This document shows positions 19,598-28,826 of a stretch of 64,000 bases of DNA, piece by piece (positions within the stretch are counted from its first letter, which is position 1; every line of letters begins with the position of its first letter). Position numbers and translations under genes: made by a program. The notes beneath the pieces are model-generated. The model was not told where the DNA came from and did not search any database. It saw only the letters and a list, made by a program, of their open reading frames with translations. Origin of the DNA: a plasmid; the sequence record NZ_CP145666.1; one strand, 5' to 3'.

Positions 19598-19960
19598 TTA
19601 CTCGTCTGCCTGGCCCCATGCCTCTAATCTTCGCACCCGAAATGAAGTTGCCTGGAGTTCTCCTGATGAAGTTAACTCAAATGAAACTGTAAGATCGTTT
19701 TTGTTCCGGTACTTCCATACATAGCCATTTTGCTGCAATGTTTTGAGTGACTTACGTAGGTTGGGCTCAGCTACATCCTGGCTGTCTGGAACAGAGTTAA
19801 TAAACCCCAGCAACCTGGTGAATGGCACTATCGCAGTGCCTTTTTCTTTGCACAAAAGAAGAAGTACCAACGCATCCTTCTGAATACGGGAAAAGCGCTC
19901 CAGGCGATGTTCAGTACCATCTCCCTGCATATTGGCATTGTTCATAATCAACCTAATCAT
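19598..19960 (-). CDS. hypothetical protein, possible winged-helix regulator
   Basis: ORF only. Convergent with the upstream gene and shares a hairpin terminator at 19581-19610. Confidence 0.3.
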   Translation of the reverse strand: MIRLIMNNANMQGDGTEHRLERFSRIQKDALVLLLLCKEKGTAIVPFTRLLGFINSVPDSQDVAEPNLRKSLKTLQQNGYVWKYRNKNDLTVSFELTSSGELQATSFRVRRLEAWGQADE

Positions 19961-20078
19961 ATGGGATATGATTAAGGTTAAAAAACACCCCCCGTTTTGT
20001 CACCCTTTTTTTTTCTTACTCACCACTTAAAGCAGTAAGCTCAGTTCGATAAATCTGAATTAAATAAGGCGAGGTTAT

Positions 20079-20492
20079 ATGAAAACGAAATTATTGCTGG
20101 CGCTAATTGCGGGATCGACTTTCTGCATCAATATTGCTGAAGCCAATATTCCTCTTAGAGCAGATGGAAGTCCGGCAGCGGGGCAGACACCAACTCAGTT
20201 CATTCAGCTTAAAAATGAATGTCCTGAATGCGTCATGGTCGCAACTGATGTAGTAAAGATGCGTAGCGATAGCTGTAAACAGCAGGCATCCATCGATTCT
20301 ACAATCCTACAGGATCCTGTTTACGCATATCTCAACAGTATCCGTCTGGTAGTTGCCGGGAATGGTGGTTATGCAAGTCCAATCTATACATCCGCCCGTC
20401 AGGTCGTAGCGTCAAACATCAATTGCAGTGATGCAAACGACTGGGTAGCGAGAAGTAAAACGGTAATGGATAACACCTTCAAAACGCCGTAA
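20079..20492 (+). CDS. secreted Cys-rich hypothetical protein
   Basis: Signal peptide MKTKLLLALIAGSTFCINIAEA. Confidence 0.4.
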   Translation: MKTKLLLALIAGSTFCINIAEANIPLRADGSPAAGQTPTQFIQLKNECPECVMVATDVVKMRSDSCKQQASIDSTILQDPVYAYLNSIRLVVAGNGGYASPIYTSARQVVASNINCSDANDWVARSKTVMDNTFKTP

Positions 20493-20554
20493 ACAATCCC
20501 TGAATATTTCGTTGCAGTAATGCTATCCCGTAGTATGACGTTAAAGGCGGAGCT

Positions 20555-20881
20555 TTGAATCGGGAAAAAATAACTACTGCACTTAGAGGTATTTATATGG
20601 GTCGTCACTTTACTGGTCTGATTGATAGTTCGCAGCAAAATTTTACAATGCCAATCCGTCCGTATGGACGGAGCCGCATGGCTGCAAAATTAAAAGGAAT
20701 CTCCCGATTGAAAAAATCTGAAAAGCATGACGATGAATATCCTGATGAACTCTGGAAATTTATGAGTCCTTCAGAGAAAGCTAAATTTCTGGTCGCGGAT
20801 GTATTTTCACGCAGTAGTAAAGACTCTTCCGCCATTCAACCGGGAGAACATAAGCAAAAGGAGCATGATAATGAGCACTGA
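20555..20881 (+). CDS. hypothetical protein
   Basis: ORF only. Confidence 0.3.
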   Translation: MNREKITTALRGIYMGRHFTGLIDSSQQNFTMPIRPYGRSRMAAKLKGISRLKKSEKHDDEYPDELWKFMSPSEKAKFLVADVFSRSSKDSSAIQPGEHKQKEHDNEH

Positions 20882-21215
20882 TAATTTACTAGCAGAACTC
20901 ACTTCAAAAACAGGCCTGACAGAAACGGAACTTAATCGGCAGGCATTGATTATCGGTTTGATGGCATTGTGCCACCCGGATGCTATTGCCGGTGATTTGG
21001 TGAGCGCGGCACTTACGGGGTCATACTCAGATAGTACTGATAAACTACTTACCCGTGGTGATAACGCATCAGACAGTGTGTTGATGTCCATGCGTATCTT
21101 ACTTCACCGGTTGAGTAAGTATGAAGGGTCTGATGGCAAAGTAGGTCAGATCAATAAAATGATGCACCGACTCGGCTACTTTAAGGCATCCGATGTGTTA
21201 CGCGAGGCTCAATAA
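20871..21215 (+). CDS. hypothetical protein
   Basis: ORF, start chosen at MSTDNLL. Confidence 0.3.
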   Translation: MSTDNLLAELTSKTGLTETELNRQALIIGLMALCHPDAIAGDLVSAALTGSYSDSTDKLLTRGDNASDSVLMSMRILLHRLSKYEGSDGKVGQINKMMHRLGYFKASDVLREAQ

Positions 21216-21528
21216 AGAGGCTCAATTTATGTTCACCATGACGAATTTCGCGTCCAATATTCTTGACATGGTTTTTCTATCAGAAATGGAAGGGGAACTC
21301 ATTTATATAAAAGCGCTTAGCGGCGTTACTGGTTACGTTCCTCAGATCCATCTTTTCCGCCTCCAGCTTATCGCATTTGATATAGGTTGGTACTACGAGT
21401 ACAGATTGAATTCAGGCAACCTCATTATAAAGGAAATTGTTGAGGCCATCACATCTCTTGGATGTGCTTTAAATGAATACCAATGGCAGTTCGCGTTTGA
21501 ATTAGGTTATCGCCGTCACCACAAATAA
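21193..21528 (+). CDS. hypothetical protein
   Basis: ORF only. Confidence 0.3.
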   Translation: MCYARLNKEAQFMFTMTNFASNILDMVFLSEMEGELIYIKALSGVTGYVPQIHLFRLQLIAFDIGWYYEYRLNSGNLIIKEIVEAITSLGCALNEYQWQFAFELGYRRHHK

Positions 21529-21615
21529 ACTTCATTTTTTCATAATTTGCTATTCGTCACTTGATTGACCGGGGGTACGATTAATTTAACACGGATAATT
21601 ATGGGAGACAGTAAA

Positions 21616-22884
21616 ATGACAGACGCATCTACAATAGACGCAGTTCAACCAAAGGCAAGACGCTTATCATTTAAAGAGCTTCCAGGGTTTGATATTTCTG
21701 CTGAAGCACTTCTCAAAATTATCGAAATGCCGTGTATGGTTATTCGCCGGTCTCCTGCAATGAAAGTACTGGAGATGATCACGCTGCGGTTACGTGGGGA
21801 TTGTCTTTCTGCCCTTGGCATTGACTTAAACTCTGCCCAAATTACCAGTAAAGGGACGGTATCGGGGGGCAATGGTGATATGGACGTATCAGTACCTGCA
21901 ACACAACTCTTTTCTTTAATCCGCAACATGCGCGGCGAAGATGAAATTAACGTCCGCTTCCATGCGGCAAAAAACCATCTTGTCATTCGCACCGACAAAA
22001 ACTCCTATAACATCCCGGTTTGCTTAGACCATATACCCGAAATTCAGGCTGAGACGCTGGAACATAATTACAGCGTTTACTTTCCAACGCAGATGCTGAG
22101 TCAGATTATCAAGCGTGTCAGCCACGCTGCGGCTCAGAACGATGTCCGCTTTTATATGAATGGGGTCTACCTCGGTATCGATAATGGCCAATTTATTGCT
22201 GTAGCCACTGATGGACATCGTATGGCCGTCAGTTCTCATGATATCGACTTCAGCGATGACGTGGGCGATGAGATTCAATCTCCGACAGCTCCTACCTCTA
22301 TCAGTAACACGAATGCAGGTGTGATTTTACCCAACGGGGTTTTCCCCGTGCTCCATAAAATCCTGAGCGGTAGCCAGGGTCAATTCAAAATTGACTACAG
22401 CAACCGTAACCTGACATTTACGCTCGGAAGCCATACAGTCATTTCAAATCTTGTCGATGGCCGTTACCCGGACTGGAAGCGCGTGGCCAGCACGGTAGCC
22501 AAAAATACTGAACTGTTTAAGGTTGATCCTTCTGAACTCACCACCGCACTAAAACGCGCAACCCCATTGCTTAAAGAGGGCTCGCCAAACAACACCAGTG
22601 TTTGTGTGATGTCATTCAAAGACAACGCCCTACAGCTTAAGTCGCCCGGCTCAAATGCAATCAGTTGCAAAGAGGTGATGGACATTGCGAAAGAGGCAGG
22701 CGAGCCCGAAACAATTGTTGATATCGGTATGAATGCCGATTACCTCCTGGAATCACTGGCAAGCCTGGGGGCGTGTTCGGAAGAAGGAGAAGCCGCACAG
22801 ATTGCTTTGCGTGATACAACGACCGGCATATTGATTTCAGTAAACAAAAACAATTACGACATCATCATGCCTGTCCGTGTCTGA
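21616..22884 (+). CDS. DNA polymerase III beta sliding-clamp (DnaN) homolog, element-encoded
   Basis: Domain II/III blocks align with E. coli DnaN (DVRFYMNGVYL...VATDGHRMAV; LVDGRYPDWKRV; IGMNADYLLESL; C-terminal IMPVRV). N-terminal extension relative to DnaN. Confidence 0.7.
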   Translation: MTDASTIDAVQPKARRLSFKELPGFDISAEALLKIIEMPCMVIRRSPAMKVLEMITLRLRGDCLSALGIDLNSAQITSKGTVSGGNGDMDVSVPATQLFSLIRNMRGEDEINVRFHAAKNHLVIRTDKNSYNIPVCLDHIPEIQAETLEHNYSVYFPTQMLSQIIKRVSHAAAQNDVRFYMNGVYLGIDNGQFIAVATDGHRMAVSSHDIDFSDDVGDEIQSPTAPTSISNTNAGVILPNGVFPVLHKILSGSQGQFKIDYSNRNLTFTLGSHTVISNLVDGRYPDWKRVASTVAKNTELFKVDPSELTTALKRATPLLKEGSPNNTSVCVMSFKDNALQLKSPGSNAISCKEVMDIAKEAGEPETIVDIGMNADYLLESLASLGACSEEGEAAQIALRDTTTGILISVNKNNYDIIMPVRV

Positions 22885-23034
22885 CAAAACGCTCTCGTTT
22901 TGTCGGCCTTTTCGAAATAGCCAATTTCATGGGCGTGATAACGTTAAAACAAGCTTCCTGACGGGATGGCTATATGCCATCTCGCTCCCATTGGTCGCGA
23001 TCACTGCGTCCTAATATTCTGGAGCCAGAATGAA

Positions 23035-23856
23035 ATGAAAAGCGTTCTGAAGTGGGTAGGAGCCAAACACAACATTATGGCAAGTCTTAAGCATGTACTA
23101 CCGAAAGGTGGTCGGCTTATTGAGCCCTTTGGCGGTTCAGGCGCTGTAATGATGAATACGAATTACCCAGAATACATTTTGGCCGATATTAATAGCGACC
23201 TGATCGATACATACCAGAGTATTTTTAAGTCGCCTGAAAAGGTACTTTCTGAGCTTAAACGCCTTTACTGTCTCGGGCGTTCTGAGGACGCCTATTATGA
23301 GCTGCGAAGCCAGTTCAATAATCATGATAGTGCAAGTGACACTCAAGCTGCTCTGTTTATCTATCTGAATAGGTTTGGCCATCGCGGACTATGCCGATAC
23401 AACCGGAAAGGCATCTTTAACGTCCCCTGGGGTTATTACGCCAACCCCTATCTCCCAGAGACAGAGTTATACGCAATGGCTGAGAAAATGTCCTCAGCAA
23501 CTTTACTTTGCGCCAGCTTCCAGACCACGCTATCAATGGCCCGCCCGGGTGATGTGGTGTATTGCGACCCACCATATGTTAATCCCGGCAGATTCACGGC
23601 TTACCATGCCAGCGGTTTTACACCCGCTATGCAGATTGAGCTTACCAAACTGCTCCAGTTGCTGCCTGAACGCGGGGTTCATGTCATCGCATCATGCCAC
23701 GATGCGCCTGATATTCGTGAGCTTTATCAAGCCTTCGCTATTCATGGTGTGACTGCCCGGAGAAGCATATTTAAAGGCAGCGGGGATGGGAAAAAAGCTT
23801 CAGAAATCTTCGCGGTCAAATTAGCGGATAACTCGAAAAAGGGAGCTGCGGCATGA
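23035..23856 (+). CDS. dam: orphan Dam-family N6-adenine DNA methyltransferase
   Basis: LKWVGAKHNIM, EPFGGSGAV, ILADINSDLI, YLNRFGHRGLCRYN and the DPPY motif, collinear with E. coli Dam. No adjacent restriction gene. Confidence 0.85.
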   Translation: MKSVLKWVGAKHNIMASLKHVLPKGGRLIEPFGGSGAVMMNTNYPEYILADINSDLIDTYQSIFKSPEKVLSELKRLYCLGRSEDAYYELRSQFNNHDSASDTQAALFIYLNRFGHRGLCRYNRKGIFNVPWGYYANPYLPETELYAMAEKMSSATLLCASFQTTLSMARPGDVVYCDPPYVNPGRFTAYHASGFTPAMQIELTKLLQLLPERGVHVIASCHDAPDIRELYQAFAIHGVTARRSIFKGSGDGKKASEIFAVKLADNSKKGAAA

Positions 23857-24083
23857 AACGCTTCCATTGTTCTGAAAAGCTGCATAACCCAGAGACTGAG
23901 AAATTTTGTCAGGATATCGCCGAACAATATCGGACAGCACCTGATATTGCCGTGGCGCAGTTTAAACAAGTGCTGAGCTCTAAGCCTCTAACTTACTGGG
24001 AGTGTGTCGTGATCCGCGAGCGTGTCTCTGACCTTATTAAAATTAATCAAGCAACAGCTGAGGGCCACGATGAGCCAATTTAA
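23853..24083 (+). CDS. hypothetical small protein
   Basis: ORF overlapping the Dam stop (ATGA). Overlaps the rdgC start by 14 nt. Confidence 0.3.
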   Translation: MKRFHCSEKLHNPETEKFCQDIAEQYRTAPDIAVAQFKQVLSSKPLTYWECVVIRERVSDLIKINQATAEGHDEPI

Positions 24084-25053
24084 ACCCAAAAGCCTTGTAG
24101 TCTACCGCATCCAAAAAGCTCTGGAATTAGACAAGCTGGATGAACAGTTAAGTGAGTTGAAATACACTCCCTGCGGGCCTAATGATATGGCACGGTCAGG
24201 ATGGATCCCGCCATTGGGTGAAGATGTCGAGCTGTTAAAGCATGAGTCGAATAATCTCATTCTTCTGACTGTTAAGCACGAATCGAAAATACTTCCTCCC
24301 GCGACCATCAAAGAAATTGTGCGAACCCGGGTTCAGAAACTGGAGAAAGAGCAAAACCGCAGGCTAAAGAAAATGGAGATCCAGGCCGTCAACGATGCCG
24401 TGCTCGCTGAGCTCATACCAAAGGCTTTCAGCAAATACAGCACTACAAACATTTGGGTGGATACTAAATCACGTCTACTGCTTGTTGAGACCACCAGCCA
24501 TAAAAAAGCAGATGATGTAACAGCTTTGCTACGTAAAACTATTGGCTCACTTCCAATTATCCCATTCACGCTGGAAACGCCGGTAGAACTGACGTTAACA
24601 GAGTGGGTCAAAACAGGAAGTCTGCCGCCTGGCCTAGCTTTATGCGACGAAGCCACGCTCAAAGATGTGCTCGAAAACGGGGGGGTCGTTACAACAAAAC
24701 GCCAGGATTTGATATGTGATGAGATCGCTCATCACATCGAGGCCGGAAAGCTTGTGACAAAGGTTGCACTGGGCTGGATGAACCAGATGTTTTTCATCCT
24801 GAATGACAATTTCATCTTTTCACGACTGACCTTTACGGAAGAACTTATTGAACAGAACGATGACATTTCGCCAGAAGATCACGCCCAAAGATTTGATGCC
24901 GATTTCGTTTTGTTTACCTCTGTTGTTATGGAGGTTCTGGACACAATGATAAAAGCCCTCGGGGGTGAAAGCCCAGGACTCATCACAACGCCGTCAGACG
25001 AACAACAAGGTGTCGCGGCAGAAGCCAAACAACCAGAAAAAACCTTCCATTAA
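24070..25053 (+). CDS. rdgC: recombination-associated protein RdgC
   Basis: Near-collinear with E. coli RdgC (YTPCGPNDMARSGWIPP; LRKTIGSLPIIPF; TLTEWV; AQRFDADF). Confidence 0.85.
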   Translation: MSQFKPKSLVVYRIQKALELDKLDEQLSELKYTPCGPNDMARSGWIPPLGEDVELLKHESNNLILLTVKHESKILPPATIKEIVRTRVQKLEKEQNRRLKKMEIQAVNDAVLAELIPKAFSKYSTTNIWVDTKSRLLLVETTSHKKADDVTALLRKTIGSLPIIPFTLETPVELTLTEWVKTGSLPPGLALCDEATLKDVLENGGVVTTKRQDLICDEIAHHIEAGKLVTKVALGWMNQMFFILNDNFIFSRLTFTEELIEQNDDISPEDHAQRFDADFVLFTSVVMEVLDTMIKALGGESPGLITTPSDEQQGVAAEAKQPEKTFH

Positions 25054-25064
25054 AGGGCTGAGAG

Positions 25065-25943
25065 ATGATTACAGCTACAGAACTCCAAGAGTTATCACGC
25101 CAGGTTGAAAATGCTAACATTGCCCGAGCCCTGGCAGTTAAAGAGTTGGTTAAAGAGACAAGAGATCGTCAGTTTTCATTGTGGGCGCTATTTATTGGTC
25201 TCTTCAGAGAGACACCGGCGCGAAAAAAGCTGAACGAATGTGAATTGCATCTTAACCTGCTGCTGCCAAAATGCAGGAGCATCTTTCTTCAATACGTAGT
25301 TATGTCCTCGTTGGAAGAAATTTCGAAATCACCAGATTGTGAGATTTATCAGCATCTAGTCAACTGCTGGAAAGAAGCTCAGATAAAATATAACGAGTCA
25401 GGCAGACGACTCAAACTTGCAGAAAATGCCCGTGAACTATTAAAAACAGCAAAGGATGAATGTAATAGTGCTTCCACAACTGAATTTCTGGATATGGTTA
25501 CTACCAGTAAAGCAATATCCATACTTTCAGCAATAGACACATCCTCTGCGAGTAGTTCGTTAAAGAGAGCTATGGGTGCGCTTAAGCGATTAGCAGATGA
25601 AATGCCTGCCCGGCAATCACCTATTGATTCAAATTTACCAGATGACACGCTTGATCTGTTTGTCGATCTGACTATAAATCCTGTTATCGATATTCTCTCC
25701 TGGTTAAATATTGAAAAGCTGGATAATGCCGAAGTGCAGTGCAGCAAAGCCTTAAAGAAACTTCAGACGTTATTAGGACAACTGGGTGCTGAGCATGATT
25801 TGAGAACTAAGGATTATCAATCTCAATTAGATACGCTTAAGAGAATTGAACAACCATACATCAAAAAGGTGATGCGGCATATACCCGAAAATATGAAGTT
25901 CAAGGAGCCTGAGTATCTCCAGACTATAGGAATGAACCCATGA
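25065..25943 (+). CDS. hypothetical coiled-coil protein (292 aa)
   Basis: ORF. Its stop overlaps the next start (ATGA). Confidence 0.35.
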   Translation: MITATELQELSRQVENANIARALAVKELVKETRDRQFSLWALFIGLFRETPARKKLNECELHLNLLLPKCRSIFLQYVVMSSLEEISKSPDCEIYQHLVNCWKEAQIKYNESGRRLKLAENARELLKTAKDECNSASTTEFLDMVTTSKAISILSAIDTSSASSSLKRAMGALKRLADEMPARQSPIDSNLPDDTLDLFVDLTINPVIDILSWLNIEKLDNAEVQCSKALKKLQTLLGQLGAEHDLRTKDYQSQLDTLKRIEQPYIKKVMRHIPENMKFKEPEYLQTIGMNP

Positions 25944-26542
25944 CTCTAAAATATATAATCGCTCTCGCAATATTTCTGACATTTGTGTGCTTTGCAGCTT
26001 TCATACTTATCTACGCGAGTCGAACAAAACGAGAACAACAACAAACTCAGCAACCTTTGGACGAGCATGATCAGCAGGCAGATATTAATGCCGATGCCGA
26101 CGAGAACGCCGCACTTGATGGGTTGAGCGAGTACTTCATCAAAAAAAATTCGATATTGCCAAAAGTCCTGATGGATCTTTATGTGCGCTTGAGTGCGGTG
26201 TTCAATGGTCAGTACATTATCGCACCCCAGGTGCTTGCCCGGGACTTAGTAGAGCTGGAGCTCGAAGATGAACCGGTTGCCCCGGTTGACGTACTTCAGG
26301 CGCAACAGTACGCAGATGAATTCGTGTTCGATTTTGTTCTCTCCGATGCGCATACCGGGGAACTAGTGCTAGCAATGATCAATGAAGATGCTATCAGCGC
26401 TCAGCCTGAAGGAGAGTTCATTATTGCCCTTTTTAAAAGAACTCACATTCCTGTCTTTCGCTATGAAACGTTGTCAGGCTTGGACGATAACGCCCTGGCA
26501 GTCAACATCGCTGAATCAATAGACGATGGCCGATTCTCTTAG
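25940..26542 (+). CDS. membrane-anchored acidic hypothetical protein
   Basis: N-terminal TM helix, then a Gln/Asp-rich linker and a conserved-looking C-terminal domain. Confidence 0.35.
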   Translation: MTLKYIIALAIFLTFVCFAAFILIYASRTKREQQQTQQPLDEHDQQADINADADENAALDGLSEYFIKKNSILPKVLMDLYVRLSAVFNGQYIIAPQVLARDLVELELEDEPVAPVDVLQAQQYADEFVFDFVLSDAHTGELVLAMINEDAISAQPEGEFIIALFKRTHIPVFRYETLSGLDDNALAVNIAESIDDGRFS

Positions 26543-26560
26543 TTCCACAAGGAATTTATT

Positions 26561-26989
26561 ATGTCTCTGTCAAAAAAACAAAGAATAGTACTGAGGGCTA
26601 AATTTGGTGGTCGATGTGCATATTGTGGCGAGGTACTGAAAGAAAAAGGTTGGCACGCTGATCACGTAGAACCTGTGCTAAGGAAATCCGTCCAGGATAT
26701 GCAAGCTGCGGCCAGAGGGAAATTTAAGCTTAAGGCTACCGGTGAAGTGTTTAATGAAAGTGCCAACTGCTTAGAAAATCTTTTCCCAGCCTGTGCGCCC
26801 TGCAATCTGCTCAAAACAACATATTCACTGGAAATGTTCCGCAAACAAATAAGTTTACAGGTTGAAAGGGCACGGAAGAGTAGTATGAATTTCAGAACGG
26901 CAGAAAGATTCGGCCAGATAAGCATTGTAGAGAAACCCATTGTTTTCTGGTTTGAACAGTATTCAGAGAAAAATGGTGCTATCAAATAA
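26561..26989 (+). CDS. HNH endonuclease
   Basis: CAYCG...HADHVEP...CAPCN is the HNH/zinc-finger nuclease motif. Confidence 0.7.
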   Translation: MSLSKKQRIVLRAKFGGRCAYCGEVLKEKGWHADHVEPVLRKSVQDMQAAARGKFKLKATGEVFNESANCLENLFPACAPCNLLKTTYSLEMFRKQISLQVERARKSSMNFRTAERFGQISIVEKPIVFWFEQYSEKNGAIK

Positions 26990-27086
26990 ACGACTAATTT
27001 AACATTATCATGGCGCGTATCGCGCACTGCTTCGTCAAATATTCAGCCGTGATAATATTGTTTAGTAGGCCCATTACGGAGCGTAT

Positions 27087-27569
27087 ATGACTAATCATAC
27101 AAACTGGACTGGAGACCTGACCGAAGGCGCAACTATATTTGTAGCCACACCAGATGGCCAGCTCAGCAAATGTAGAGTCGAGTCCGTTCGAGACCGACAT
27201 TTCTCGGTCGAGGGTATTGAACGTGAATTCGATAAGTTGAATGCCTGCTCAGTTGATGGGTTACTACACTCTTACCCCGACGATTTCGAGTCGAGGGAGT
27301 TATTTGGTCTGTGCCAGCAAAAAAACAGGCTCAAGTCTCTGCAAATTGATTCATTATCGTTACAGCAAGTCCAGTACATGCTGGCTGGCCTGGAACTTGC
27401 CAGGAAGAGATATGGATACCAGTACCGAGGCAGCAAAGCCGTAGATACCAATCAGAAGGGTAGACTGGCCATGAGCATTGATGATTCGCTTCACCCAATT
27501 CAGATCGCTTATATACTGGCAGGTTTAAAATTATCTCTCCTTCAAACAGAGGTGAACCATGACTGCTAA
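27087..27569 (+). CDS. hypothetical protein
   Basis: ORF only. Confidence 0.3.
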   Translation: MTNHTNWTGDLTEGATIFVATPDGQLSKCRVESVRDRHFSVEGIEREFDKLNACSVDGLLHSYPDDFESRELFGLCQQKNRLKSLQIDSLSLQQVQYMLAGLELARKRYGYQYRGSKAVDTNQKGRLAMSIDDSLHPIQIAYILAGLKLSLLQTEVNHDC

Positions 27570-27999
27570 CCAACGTAAACGTCCTTCGCGTAACAATCGA
27601 GCTGTCCAGTTAACGTCCGAGCAGCTGGTAGAAGCGAAGACGCTTGACCTGAAAGCCCACCATTCGTTTAAAAACCTTATGGGTCTTGCTGCAATCAGTG
27701 TCGTGGTGTTTGTCTGTCTTGGCTCCTTGATCCATAAACAACGCTCAGTAATGAACGAATGGGACCTGGGTGAAGTGATCAGAGGCGTTGATTTGAAAGC
27801 CGGAACCCTCGCAAAAAACAACTTTTTCATCACCAACAAAGGGCAGTTTGAAGCAAGTGGCGTTACAGTGTCACTTACGGGTACAAAACTGAAATTACAG
27901 CAGCATCAGGACGGAAAATATTACGTTTGTAATTCTGCAACAGGTGATTGTGTTCTGGTATCCGATGTACAAGCTGAAAAAATTCGTGACCAGCTGTAG
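27559..27999 (+). CDS. hypothetical membrane protein
   Basis: One TM helix. Confidence 0.3.
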   Translation: MTANQRKRPSRNNRAVQLTSEQLVEAKTLDLKAHHSFKNLMGLAAISVVVFVCLGSLIHKQRSVMNEWDLGEVIRGVDLKAGTLAKNNFFITNKGQFEASGVTVSLTGTKLKLQQHQDGKYYVCNSATGDCVLVSDVQAEKIRDQL

Positions 28000-28050
28000 C
28001 GAGGGGAAAATATCGGTTACTGTCACCGGTAACCGAAGGAACCTTCGTAT

Positions 28051-28635
28051 ATGTCACGACAAGAAGCCGCAACGCAGTTATTTATGTCTGCACCACCAGC
28101 AAGTATTGATGTCGTTATTGAGCAGCTGGAAAGGGACGCTCAAGCAGCCGGTATCGATATCCATACAATCTCTGTAATGGCCAGCCTGTTACGTGATCGA
28201 ATAGAAGCATACAGTGACGTGCTTAAAATCGAGCCTGAGCGGGTGATACACGCACTTGAGGTACTGCGAGGTACGGAAGTGCCGTGGGCTTTTTACACTC
28301 CGTCCAGGCTACCTGAGCTTGAAGATGTTCATTGCTGGGAAACTCCTCACGATTTTGACCAAGACCTAGGTGAACACCAGCTGCGGCGCTATATTTGCCC
28401 TAAATGCGAGCATGAATCAACCGACCCAATGCGCTGCACGGCTGGCCATGCTCCTGGAGTTAACCAGTATCCTGAAAGCTGTGATGCCACTATCTGGAAT
28501 TCGCCCGATTCTTGGGATAGTATTAACCCTATAATAAAATTAATTATCAAATCTACGTTCCTGGCTGACCTGACTGTTCATACAATCTTCTATCCGAAAG
28601 GGTTGAAGCTTCCTGAAATTCAGGACGTTGAGTAG
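28051..28635 (+). CDS. hypothetical protein
   Basis: ORF only. Confidence 0.3.
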   Translation: MSRQEAATQLFMSAPPASIDVVIEQLERDAQAAGIDIHTISVMASLLRDRIEAYSDVLKIEPERVIHALEVLRGTEVPWAFYTPSRLPELEDVHCWETPHDFDQDLGEHQLRRYICPKCEHESTDPMRCTAGHAPGVNQYPESCDATIWNSPDSWDSINPIIKLIIKSTFLADLTVHTIFYPKGLKLPEIQDVE

Positions 28636-28679
28636 TCTGCTTCGGGCTCTGTGATCTGATAGTTATATATACCTCATTT

Positions 28680-28715
28680 AAGACCCCTTACTGGGGTCTC
28701 TTTTTTTGGACTTCC
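28680..28715 (+). terminator. rho-independent terminator
   Basis: AGACCCCttactGGGGTCT followed by CTTTTTTT. Confidence 0.55.
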
Positions 28716-28826
28716 GCCGTGCTATGTACTTCACGGTATCCCCAAATATCCCGGCTTATGTAGTTCGTCGATTTGCTTCGTCACCTGCCATACCTGTCTC
28801 ATAATTTCTCTATTTGGAGAAATCTG

